Of a stretch of 64,000 nucleotides of DNA, positions 18,517 to 27,600 are shown piece by piece. A program made the position numbers and the translations under genes. Origin of the DNA: an uncultured Anaerolineales bacterium (GTDB lineage Bacteria > Chloroflexota > Anaerolineae > Anaerolineales > UBA6663); assembly GCA_964480865.1 (NCBI GenBank), contig CAYZRP010000009.1, positions 26,475 to 90,474 on the forward strand, given 5' to 3'. The notes beneath the pieces are model-generated. The model had not been told where the DNA came from and searched no databases. It worked only from the letters and a program-made list of their open reading frames with translations. How positions within the stretch are numbered: position 1 is the stretch's first letter; every line of letters begins with the position of its first letter.

Positions 18517-19461
18517 ATGACGTCCATACAGGCCGTGGTGGTCGACGCTGATGCTCTGGCGCGTCTGGCCTTGCGCAGTGTCGATGCGCCGTCACCGGAT
18601 CGCGGGGAGGCCCTGATCCAGGTCAAAGCCATCTCGCTGAACAGGGGCGAGGTGAACCGTGCCCAGAACGCACCTGAGGGCACACGCATTGGCTGGGACT
18701 TCGCCGGCATCGTTGAGCGCGCCGCCGCTTCGGGGGCCGGTCCGGGCGTCGGAAGCCGGGTGGTGGGCATGCTCGGCACGGCGGCCTGGGCCGAGTTGAT
18801 CGCAGCGCCGGCTACGACCCTGGCGATGCTTCCGGAGACCGTCTCGTTCGCCCGGGCTGCGACGTTGCCTGTTGCCGGGCTTTCAGCACTGTATGCGCTC
18901 GAACGCGGCGGCGTTGGGATCGGCCGCAACGTCCTGGTCACCGGAGCGACAGGGGGCGTCGGGTTGTTCGCGATCCAGTTGGCCCGGTTGGCCGGTGCCC
19001 GGGTGGTTGCGCTCGTGAGGCGCCCGGATCAGGCCGAACAGGTCCGCGCCGCGGGCGCTCAGGAAGTGGTGATCGGCGACCGGGGCGACGCTGCGGCTGA
19101 CTTCGGCCCGTTCGACACGGTCGTGGAATCCGTGGGCGGCGCGGTGTTGGGCGGGGCGATGGAACTGCTCGCCTATGGCGGCGTCTGCGTGTCGTTGGGC
19201 GCATCGGCGTCGGCTCAGGTGACCTTCGACGCGAGGCGTTTCTTCCCGTCAGGCGGCCGCATGTACGGTTTCCTGTTGTTCAATGAGATCACGCGCTACC
19301 CGATGGCGGCCGACCTCGGGCGGTTGCTGACTCTGGTGGCCGATGGTCGACTGCGCACCTCGATCGAAGTCGAAGACAACTGGTCGAATGTCGGCATCGT
19401 CGCTGAAGCGTTGAGACAGCGTCGCTACTCTGGCAAGGCAGTGCTGCACGTCGGATCGTGA
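18517..19461 (+). CDS. Medium-chain dehydrogenase/reductase, quinone-oxidoreductase-like
   Basis: VLVTGATGGVGLFAIQLARLAGARVVAL nucleotide-binding motif. ATG 18517 has GGAGG 8 nt upstream. Confidence 0.85.
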   Translation: MTSIQAVVVDADALARLALRSVDAPSPDRGEALIQVKAISLNRGEVNRAQNAPEGTRIGWDFAGIVERAAASGAGPGVGSRVVGMLGTAAWAELIAAPATTLAMLPETVSFARAATLPVAGLSALYALERGGVGIGRNVLVTGATGGVGLFAIQLARLAGARVVALVRRPDQAEQVRAAGAQEVVIGDRGDAAADFGPFDTVVESVGGAVLGGAMELLAYGGVCVSLGASASAQVTFDARRFFPSGGRMYGFLLFNEITRYPMAADLGRLLTLVADGRLRTSIEVEDNWSNVGIVAEALRQRRYSGKAVLHVGS

Positions 19462-19470
19462 AGGCCGTCG

Positions 19471-20052
19471 ATGTCTGTAGCGAACTCCAGGATCCCCTTG
19501 GGCGACGGTCTGGCGGCCGTCCGCATCGGCCCGGCGCAGGCCGAGGTGTTGCGCCGGCTGGCCATCGAGACCTACTCCGACACCTTCGCGCACCTCAACA
19601 CACCCGAGAACATGCAGGCGTATCTCGACTCGGCCTTCCATCCGGATCGTGTAGCGGCCGAGTTGAACGACGCCCACAGTCTCTTCTACCTTGTCGAGAA
19701 GGCCGGCCTGGTGATCGGCTACCTCAAACTGGTCGACGAGGTCGACGCCCAGGATGAGTCGATCCCGGCGATCGTGCGCGAGAAGCCGGCGCTCCTGGTC
19801 GAGCGCTTCTACGTCGTCAAGGAACACCACGGCGCCGGCGTCTCAAGCGCCATGATGCAGTTCTGTGTGGATGCCGCGCGCGCTCTGGGCAAAACCATCC
19901 TCTGGCTCGGCGTCTGGGAGAAGAATCCGCGGGCCATCGCGTTCTACACAAAGCAGGGATTCGCGCTCGCCGGGACGCACTCATTTGTGATGGGCGATGA
20001 GGCGCAGACCGATTACTGGATGGTTCGCGACATCGAACCGGATATGGGGTAG
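19471..20052 (+). CDS. GNAT-family N-acetyltransferase
   Basis: 193 aa with HHGAGVSSAMM (R/QxxGxG/A loop) and NPRAIAFYTKQGF. Confidence 0.85.
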   Translation: MSVANSRIPLGDGLAAVRIGPAQAEVLRRLAIETYSDTFAHLNTPENMQAYLDSAFHPDRVAAELNDAHSLFYLVEKAGLVIGYLKLVDEVDAQDESIPAIVREKPALLVERFYVVKEHHGAGVSSAMMQFCVDAARALGKTILWLGVWEKNPRAIAFYTKQGFALAGTHSFVMGDEAQTDYWMVRDIEPDMG

Positions 20053-20202
20053 TGGCACTCCCGGAAATGCCTCTTTTTCGAGCAGGGTTCTCTGGGCCGG
20101 CGTGTGGATCGGCGTTGCTTCCTCTTGTGCAGTGAAGCGCTGACAAGTGGGGCTCTGGTCACAGCCCCGGCAATCGCATCTTGTTGTTGTAGAAATTGTT
20201 CC

Positions 20203-20321
20203 GCCACGAATATCACGAATTGAAACGAATGAGCACGAAGGATGTTGAGAAAGGGCTCGAACTCTCAGCAAACGCTCCATACGACCATGTGCCATTCGTC
20301 TCAATTCGCGAAATTCGTGGC
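20203..20321. repeat. Imperfect 29-nt inverted repeat built from phased ACGAAT/ATTCGT hexamers, with a central region of about 52-61 nt
   Basis: The arms at 20203-20231 and 20293-20321 pair at 26 of 29 positions, plus 4 more bp after a 1-nt bulge. ACGAAT/ACGAAG start at 20206, 20215, 20225 and 20235. ATTCGT/ATTCGC start at 20294, 20304 and 20313. Confidence 0.8.
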
Positions 20322-20535
20322 ATGTTTTCCCACTGAGCCGATGTAGACGCGATTGCCCTGGGTACCAGCCCGGCGATACCTGTGACGCCGTTATTGGCGA
20401 TACACTAGGTGCAGCGACTTCATCCCCGTTGGTTTCGACAACGCCGAGGTTCCGTTCGATCCTCCCGGCCGTTCGTCCCATCGCGAGGTTGGGCCGCTCT
20501 GGTCTTCCGGAGCAGTCTTGAGGAGGGCTGGCTCG

Positions 20536-20559
20536 GTTCGCGCGTTCGCGCGTTCGCGA
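20536..20559. repeat. 3 x 8-nt tandem repeat (GTTCGCGC GTTCGCGC GTTCGCGA)
   Basis: Read directly from the sequence, about 50 nt upstream of the receiver gene start. Confidence 0.7.
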
Positions 20560-20608
20560 CGAGTGCTTATCGATAGGTGCAAATCTGAATGGATCACAGA
20601 GGTGAAGA

Positions 20609-21016
20609 ATGGCCGCTAACCTGATGCGCATCCTGATCGCTGACGATCATGCCATTGTGCGCAAAGGGCTACGGGAGATCCTGCGCGAAGAAGCCACCGA
20701 TGCCTACGTCGACGAAGCCAGCAATGGGCGCGAGGCGCTCGACAAAGCGCGGGCACAGAACTGGGACGTGATCATCCTCGATATCACCATGCCGGGCATG
20801 TCGGGCCTCGAAGTGCTGCGTAAGATCAAGGATGACAAACCCGACCTGCCGATCATCATGTTGAGCATGCATTCGTCCACGAGCTTCGTGACGACGAGTC
20901 TGAAGATCGGCGCGAACGGTTACCTGACAAAAGAAAGTGCGCCCGAAGAATTGATCGAAGCTATCCGCGCCGTGACATCCGGCAGCACCTACGTCAGTCG
21001 CAGTCTACGCATTTGA
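20609..21016 (+). CDS. Stand-alone response-regulator receiver domain (NarL/FixJ-type receiver, no output domain)
   Basis: 135 aa with RILIADDH, VIILDITMPGMSG (phospho-acceptor Asp), IIMLSMH and GYLTKES. It ends right after the receiver fold. GAGGTG lies upstream of the ATG. Confidence 0.85.
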   Translation: MAANLMRILIADDHAIVRKGLREILREEATDAYVDEASNGREALDKARAQNWDVIILDITMPGMSGLEVLRKIKDDKPDLPIIMLSMHSSTSFVTTSLKIGANGYLTKESAPEELIEAIRAVTSGSTYVSRSLRI

Positions 21017-21047
21017 TGCGCCTCGCCCTCGTTGCTCTGCACATCGT

Positions 21048-21075
21048 TTGACACTGCCTGCGATATCGCTATGAT
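21048..21075 (+). promoter_or_regulatory. Near-consensus sigma-70-type promoter (TTGACA - 16 nt - TATGAT)
   Basis: TTGACA at 21048-21053 and TATGAT at 21070-21075, about 130 nt upstream of the cupin gene. Confidence 0.4.
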
Positions 21076-21206
21076 CGACTCAGCCATCGAGGCGACGTTT
21101 GCATTGCGTCGAGCCGCGGCGATTCGTTTCACACACTTCACACTGACCCGGCCCGAGTCACGCCTCACGGCCGCGGCCCGCAGTTTCCGTTCGAGGGGGA
21201 AGTCAC

Positions 21207-21599
21207 ATGAGTGTCGTCCATCGTTTTACGGGAGAAGCCAACGCATTGAACTGGGAGGGCGCGAGGCATCGCGAGTACGACGCGCCGGGCGTGGTAGGCG
21301 CATCCGGCAAGGTGCTGATCGGGCGCGACGACGGCGCTGACAACTTTGTGTTCCGCTACTTCCGGGTGCTGCCAGGCGGCAACACCGTCCTCGAGCATCA
21401 TCTGCACGATCACGGTGTGCTGATCCTGCATGGCCGGGCCCGTGTTCGGCTGGGCGATGCCTCCTTCGAGGTGGGGCCGAACGACCTTGTCTACATCTCG
21501 CCCAACGACGTCCACCAGTTTCACACGCTCGGCGACGAGCCGCTCGGCTTTCTGTGCGTGATCCCGAACAAAGACAAGCTCACGGCTCCGACAGCGTGA
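21207..21599 (+). CDS. Cupin-domain protein
   Basis: 130 aa with GGNTVLEHHLHDHGVLILHG (cupin motif 1) and a downstream motif 2 (VYISPNDVHQF). Confidence 0.8.
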   Translation: MSVVHRFTGEANALNWEGARHREYDAPGVVGASGKVLIGRDDGADNFVFRYFRVLPGGNTVLEHHLHDHGVLILHGRARVRLGDASFEVGPNDLVYISPNDVHQFHTLGDEPLGFLCVIPNKDKLTAPTA

Positions 21600-21673
21600 T
21601 CACACCCGAGCGTTAAGCACAAACTGGCTTTGAGCGTTGCCGCGATGTTTGGAGCCTTCTGTTTGTGCGTGGG

Positions 21674-23230
21674 CTACAGCCCGGACGCCTGCAGCCAGTC
21701 GGTCGCGAGCTTGATGTCAGCTGACGTGAGTTCGTGTCCGGCATCCAGGCGTTGACTTTCCACTCGCGCCCCGTGCTGAACGAGATAGGGCTCCACGCTT
21801 TCGCCGAAGGGCAGGAACGGATCGAGCTTGCCCTCGAGCATCAACACCGGCAACCCGGCCAGGTCATGATCCGGCGGCCGCTCCATCACCATGACCGGTC
21901 GAAACAGGATGGCGCCCCTGAACGAGGCTGGCCAATGGCTGGCGGCGGTCAACGCGATGTTGGCGCCGTTGCTGTACCCGACCGCCACGACCTGATCGGC
22001 AGCAAAGCCATAGGCCTGCGCTGCCTCCTGCACGAAGGCCGTCAGGGCTTCAGCCTCTGAGAGCAGGTGAGCCTGGTCGTACGTGACCGCCGAGTAGCGA
22101 CGAAAGAAGCGCGGCGAGCCTTCCTCGAGCGAACGGCCGCGCACGCCCAGGCGATGAGCCCCGGGCGCCAGATGACGGCCGATATCGAGCAACTGGGTTT
22201 CATCAGCGCCTGTGCCGTGCAGGAGCAACAACGTCAAAGGGCCGGCGCCGCGCTCAAAGCGATGGATGAAGCTCAGGCCGGGCGGCTGGGCCCCTGGCTC
22301 TCCGGGGATATTGAGGGTAGGCAAGATGTTCTCGATCTCCTTTCGACGCGACTCGAGTTCAGGCAGCAAAGCAAGTTGCTCGCCGAGAGGATCGTGCGGC
22401 TCGTCGAGCGCCAACCCGGGCCGATCGGTCGCCATCTCGATCAGGCTGCCGCCCGGCTCGCGAAAGTAGATGCTCTTGAAGTAACCGTGATCTCGGACCC
22501 TGGAGACGTCAAGCCCGGCATCGGTCACGGAGGCCAGGCTCGCGGCCAGCGCATCGTCGTCATGGGCACGAAACGCGACGTGGTGGATCACGCCGGCCCC
22601 TTCGGCGCCGGGCCAGAAGCCATGCACGTCGCGCAGGACCACGGTCTGACATACGCCGTCGCTGCCGAACAGCGCGAGCCCGTCGCGCGTGGTCCGACGG
22701 GTCAGGCCGAGATGCGTCTCAAGCGCGGAGCCGCTGGCCGCAACCTCCTCGGTCCACAGGGTCACGTGGTGCAGAGCCCGGACCTGCATCGCCGCCGGGA
22801 CGCTCGACTTCACCCACGGATGTCCCTCGGGTGCGTCGGCGACGCCGACGATCTCGACGGCCAGGCCGTCCGGGTCTGTCAACGTCAGGCGTGAGGTGTC
22901 GCCGACCTGGGTCGGGCCGCCGAAGGCCACGCCCCGGCTGAGCAGGCGCTGCACCCAATCGCCGATACGCTCGCGCGGCACCATGAGCCCGACGTCGCCG
23001 AACTGGCCCGCGCCCTGACGACCGCGGGCGGCGTCGGGCCAGACGAAGAAAGTCAGCAACGAACCCGGCGAGCCAACGGCGTCTCCGTAGAAGAGATGCA
23101 GCGTGAATGCGTCGTTGTGGTTGACGGTGCGTTTGACAAGACGCAGACCCAGCAGGCCGACGTAGAAGTCTACGTTGGTCTGTGCGTCTCCGGTGATGCC
23201 GGTGACGTGATGAAGGCCGCTGAAGGGCAT
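21674..23230 (-). CDS. Fusion of a VOC/glyoxalase-type ring-cleaving dioxygenase (MhqO/MhqE-like) with a phospholipase/carboxylesterase (MhqD-like)
   Basis: About 518 aa from ATG 23230 (MPFSGLHHVTGITGD...). The N-terminal two-module VOC domain is paralogous to the next gene. The C-terminal alpha/beta hydrolase has LLLLHGTGADE and the GYSNGA nucleophile elbow. Confidence 0.8.
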   Translation of the reverse strand: MPFSGLHHVTGITGDAQTNVDFYVGLLGLRLVKRTVNHNDAFTLHLFYGDAVGSPGSLLTFFVWPDAARGRQGAGQFGDVGLMVPRERIGDWVQRLLSRGVAFGGPTQVGDTSRLTLTDPDGLAVEIVGVADAPEGHPWVKSSVPAAMQVRALHHVTLWTEEVAASGSALETHLGLTRRTTRDGLALFGSDGVCQTVVLRDVHGFWPGAEGAGVIHHVAFRAHDDDALAASLASVTDAGLDVSRVRDHGYFKSIYFREPGGSLIEMATDRPGLALDEPHDPLGEQLALLPELESRRKEIENILPTLNIPGEPGAQPPGLSFIHRFERGAGPLTLLLLHGTGADETQLLDIGRHLAPGAHRLGVRGRSLEEGSPRFFRRYSAVTYDQAHLLSEAEALTAFVQEAAQAYGFAADQVVAVGYSNGANIALTAASHWPASFRGAILFRPVMVMERPPDHDLAGLPVLMLEGKLDPFLPFGESVEPYLVQHGARVESQRLDAGHELTSADIKLATDWLQASGL

Positions 23231-23237
23231 GGCTGGT

Positions 23238-24209
23238 TCAGTCGATCGGCTTGAGGCCAGCCAGGATATGGCTGCGACGAGGCTCGAGGAACGGCGGCAG
23301 CGCGATATCCTCGCCCAACGTCTCGATCGGCTCATCGACGGCGAAGCCCGGCCCATCGGTGGCGATCTCGAACAGGATGCCGTTCGGCTCGCGGAAGTAT
23401 AGGCTGCGGAAGTAGTAGCGATCGACCTCGCCGCTGTGGCGGATGCCCAGCTGAGTCAGCCGCTCGGTCCAGGCGTGGTAGCTGGCTTCATCCGGTGTGC
23501 GGAAGGCGACATGATGCACGCCGCCCGCGCCAGGGTAGGCAGGTCGCAAATCGGGGCGGACGGCCACGTGTAGTTCACGGTGCGGCTCACTCGTCTCGAC
23601 GTCGCCCATCACGTACACGTGCACGCGGTGCTCGGGGCTCGTCGGGTCGGGGTAGTCACGCACGGGCTGCATTGACATCACAGTCTGCAGCACCTGGTCT
23701 GTGCCGTTCAGGTTCGGGATGGTCATCGTGATCGGGCCAAGGCCGCGAATCTGGTGCTCGGCCGGGACGGGGCTGCGTTCCCAGGGCGTCGAAGGGTCGC
23801 CGGCGCCGTCGTCGGCCACTAGGGCCAGTCGCTGGCCTTCGGGATCCTCGAAGTCGATCAAGAGGCGTCCATCACGCTCAACGATGCCGGCATGCGAGAC
23901 GTTCTCGGCGGTCAACCGACCCATCCAGTACACCAGGCTTGCCTCGTCGCGCACGCGCAGGCCAGTGCGCGTGATCGTGTGGCTCCCGCGTTGCTCGGGC
24001 GGCACCGACCAGTCGAAGAAGGTCATGTCGTTCCCGGGCGTGCCGACCCTGTCAGAGTAGAAGAGGTGGTACGCGGATGTGTCATCCTGGTTCACTGATC
24101 GTTTCACCAGACGCATGCCCAGGGTCTCTGTATAGAAGCGTTTGTTCTCGCGGATGCGGCCCGACACAGCCGTGAGGTGATGAAAACCAAGCAGGGGCAG
24201 GGTGCTCAT
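23238..24209 (-). CDS. VOC/glyoxalase-type ring-cleaving (hydroquinone-type extradiol) dioxygenase
   Basis: About 323 aa from ATG 24209 (MSTLPLLGFHHLTAVSG...). GVHHVAFR and YFRSLYFREPNGILFEIATD repeat the motifs of the neighbouring fusion protein. Confidence 0.85.
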   Translation of the reverse strand: MSTLPLLGFHHLTAVSGRIRENKRFYTETLGMRLVKRSVNQDDTSAYHLFYSDRVGTPGNDMTFFDWSVPPEQRGSHTITRTGLRVRDEASLVYWMGRLTAENVSHAGIVERDGRLLIDFEDPEGQRLALVADDGAGDPSTPWERSPVPAEHQIRGLGPITMTIPNLNGTDQVLQTVMSMQPVRDYPDPTSPEHRVHVYVMGDVETSEPHRELHVAVRPDLRPAYPGAGGVHHVAFRTPDEASYHAWTERLTQLGIRHSGEVDRYYFRSLYFREPNGILFEIATDGPGFAVDEPIETLGEDIALPPFLEPRRSHILAGLKPID

Positions 24210-24641
24210 GTATCGCCTTTCCATCGAAAGTGGCCCTCTTCGTGCGGACGACGCGTCCGCATGCAGGCCTTCCCAAAAGACTATCGCCGTTTGGCGAATT
24301 CATTGTTTTCGGGGAGTTCATGGCCCCTTTAGGGCGGGTTTACGGACCATTGCGCGCTTTCCTCCTACGCTATAGAAGCCGTGAATGTCGACCGCCCTGG
24401 CGCGGCTGATGGTCGGCGCCCTAATTACAGATGGCTTTTGCTGGTATTGAGACATGCGTAGTGCCCGTGCTTATAAGGGCTTCATCCGAAGCCTGCTGAC
24501 CCTTGCAGTAATCGTTTTCAAGGGGGCATCGCTGGTCTTATGGTCTTCCGTTCCCGAAGACCTAGGGCTCAGGTCTGTTCCCCTCAGAGCTGTGTCTGAC
24601 CGGTACCGGCGGAATCCAACCGGTGAAAGGCCGTCTCTGCG

Positions 24642-27600
24642 ATGACGTTCACACGGCCATGGCGACGGCCAGGCCCCCTGGTTTTCCTGACGCTGCTGAC
24701 GGCTGCGGGTCTGACCGCCGACGCCATCGTCCTGGCTCTCGGTCTGCCGGGCACCGGCCTGAGCCTGCTGGTCGCGGCCGTCATCCTGGCGGCGCTCTGG
24801 TATGAGCGCTGGGTGCAGTGGACCACGATCCTGCTGGTCAACGCGTTCTTCATCCCGGCGACGCGCAACATCACCGCCGATCTCTGGCACCTTGTCGCGC
24901 TCTACGCTCTGGGCATCCTGGCCACGCTGGCGACGGCCGAAGCTATCCATCGTCTGGTGCAGAACTATGCCGCCAGCCTGGAACGCGAACGCCTGGCCCA
25001 GGATCGCCTCCAGCACATCCTCAGCAACAGCCCTCTGGCCACATACTCGCTCGAAGTGCGCCAGGGGCCGCCGCGCACCGTCCACTGCACGTTCGTCAGC
25101 GCCAACATGCAGCAGTTGATCGGCGTATCGGCGGACGAGTTGAAAAACGATGCCGCGAACTGGTTGCGCCACATTCACCCAGACGATCGAGCGCGGATCG
25201 TCAACAGTGATCTAGCCCAGCGGATGCGCGTCATCGAGTACCGGTTTATCCGGCCGGATGGTGTCGAGATCTGGATTCAGGACACAGCCGAGATGATCGC
25301 CAGGCCGGAAGATGGCGCCATCGAGTTTATCGTTCAGGTGCAGGATGTGACCGAGCGCAAGCGCGCTCAGCAACACGTCGAGGAAAACGAACGCTTCATC
25401 GCCCAGCTGGCCGCCGCCATCCCCGACCAGGTCATGGTGGTCGACATCGTCTCGCGCGAAGTCGTGTATGCCAACCGTGATGCGGCGCGTCTGGAATTCG
25501 CCGGGATGTGCCCGAAGATCATGCTCGACGAAGGGTGGACCGATCACGTCCATCCTGAAGATCATGGGCGGATTGCCGGGGTCAAGGCTCAGGTCAAGAG
25601 CCTGCCGGATGATGAAACGTTGACCACAGGCCTGCGCATGCTCCACACCGACGGGAGCTGGCGCGACCTCGAGTTCCATTTCCGCATCTTCAGGCGCAAC
25701 GTCGACGGCCGACCGCTTCAGGTGCTTGTCATCTGGAAGGACGTGACCGAGGCGCGCACAGCCGAGCGTGCGCTCGCCGACAGTCAACGCCTGGTCCAGC
25801 GCGTGGCCGAAACGGTGCCGAGCGTCCTGTATGTGCTCGATGTCGGCGGCGCCGTTCAATCGGGCACGTTGATCTTCTCCAATCGCTCGCTTGCCGCGAA
25901 CCTGGGTTATCGCGATTCGCTGACGCAATCCATCGGTTGGGACAGGCTCCTTCAGCAGCTCCTCCATCCTGACGACCTGCCGCGCGTCCGAGCGATGCGC
26001 ATGGGTTGGATTGATCTGCCCGACGGCGAATTGCTCGAGACCGAATTCCGGCTTCGCGATGCGAACGGCAAGTACCGCTGGATCTTGAGCCGCCATCTGG
26101 TCTTCGATCGTGACGAGCACGGCACCGTGACGCACGTGATCGGCCTGATGGAGGACGTCACCTCCCGCAAGGAGCTGCAGGATGAGGTGCAGGCCGAACG
26201 CGATTTTGCCCGGCTCGTCCTGAACACGCTCGGCCAGGGCGTCGCCGTCTTCTCGTCGGCTAACGTCTGCGAATACCTGAACCCGGCCGGCGCCGAGATC
26301 CTCAGGTTGGGTTCGGCGGAAGAAGCGCGGGGCCTCGATCTCGAAAGCCTCGGCGATGGAACGATCGCGCCGGAGCTCCTCGCTTTCAATCGATCGTTCT
26401 CGGGTCAGCCGCAGGCACTGCATACCGACAGCGAGATCCGGAGAGCCGACGGCCAGCCGGTGGAACTCTCGATCACAGTCTCTCCGCGTATACAAAACGG
26501 CACCCACCTTGGGTGTGTGGCGGTTTTTACGGATGTCACTGAGCGCAAAGCCATGGAGCGCGATCTGGCCGCTGCCCTGACGCGGGCACAAGAACTGACT
26601 CGCGACGCCCTGGCCGCAACCCAGGCGAAGAGCGAGTTCCTGGCCAACATGAGCCATGAGATCCGTACCCCGATGAACGCCATCATCGGGTTGGCCGAGC
26701 TCTTGCAAGACGCCGATCTCCCGGCCGAGCAGCGCAGCCGTGTGCAGGTGATGATCGAGTCGGGCCACACGCTTCTCGACATCATCAACGACATCCTCGA
26801 TTTCTCCAAGATCGAGGCCGGACGGCTGGATCTCGATCCACACGACTTTGAGGTCGCAGCCGTTGTCGAGAACACCGTCGACGTGTTAGAGACCCGGGCC
26901 AACGCCAAGGGCGTGCAGATCCTGACGTACGTCGATCCTGCCATTCCGACGCAGCTTCACGGCGATGCCGGTCGGGTGCGCCAGATCCTGCTCAATCTGT
27001 TGAGCAACGCCATCAAGTTCACGTCGGTGGGCCGGGTCGTTGTACGCGCTGAGCTCGATTCGTCGACACAGGACGGCACAAGTGTGCGGCTGAGCGTTCA
27101 GGACACGGGAATCGGCATCCCGCTGGATGCGCAGGCGCGGTTGTTTCTACCGTTCGAGCAGGCCGAGCATTCGACCACCCGACGGTTTGGCGGCACCGGC
27201 CTTGGGCTGGCGATCGTCAAACGCCTCGTCGAACTTCTGCAAGGAAATGTCCAGCTGGTCAGCAGACCGGGTGTCGGCACGACTGTGACGTTGTCGTTGC
27301 CCTTCGCCGCTTCCACCGCTCCTGTAAGCCAGGTCGTGTCGGTGAGAGGGCGGGTTCTGGTGGTCGATCCTGAGCCGGTTTCCAATGACATCGTGACGCG
27401 CTACGCCAGCGCGCTCGGCCTGGCACCGGAATCGTTGTTCGATCCCGCCGAGGCCCTGACACGGCTACAGCATGGTTCGCCGGTCGACACTGTGGTGGTC
27501 GGCTTGTGGGCCACGCACCCGGGGATGACTCAGTTGCTGGATCGTCTGGCCGGCGATCCGACCTTTGGGCCAATCCCGCGGGTCGTTTTGCTGGATGGGG

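Noticed and set aside
20203-20321. MITE or IS-end interpretation of the inverted repeat
   Set aside because: No transposase is present and I noticed no second copy in this window, nor obvious target-site duplications. The idea is kept as one alternative within the finding rather than called a mobile element.
18408-20559. Short tandem repeats considered as possible CRISPR or VNTR arrays
   Set aside because: The units are only 8-13 nt with three copies each and no spacers. No cas genes are present. They are reported only as simple repeats.
24542-24562. 7-bp stem with a 7-nt loop that superficially resembles a tRNA arm
   Set aside because: No acceptor, D or T arms, and no T-loop (TTCRANY) consensus, can be built around it. 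No tRNA was found in any intergenic region I inspected.
25212-26843. 543-aa ORF antisense inside the hybrid kinase gene
   Set aside because: It is a shadow ORF of a high-GC gene. The sense frame carries unambiguous PAS, HisKA and HATPase motifs.
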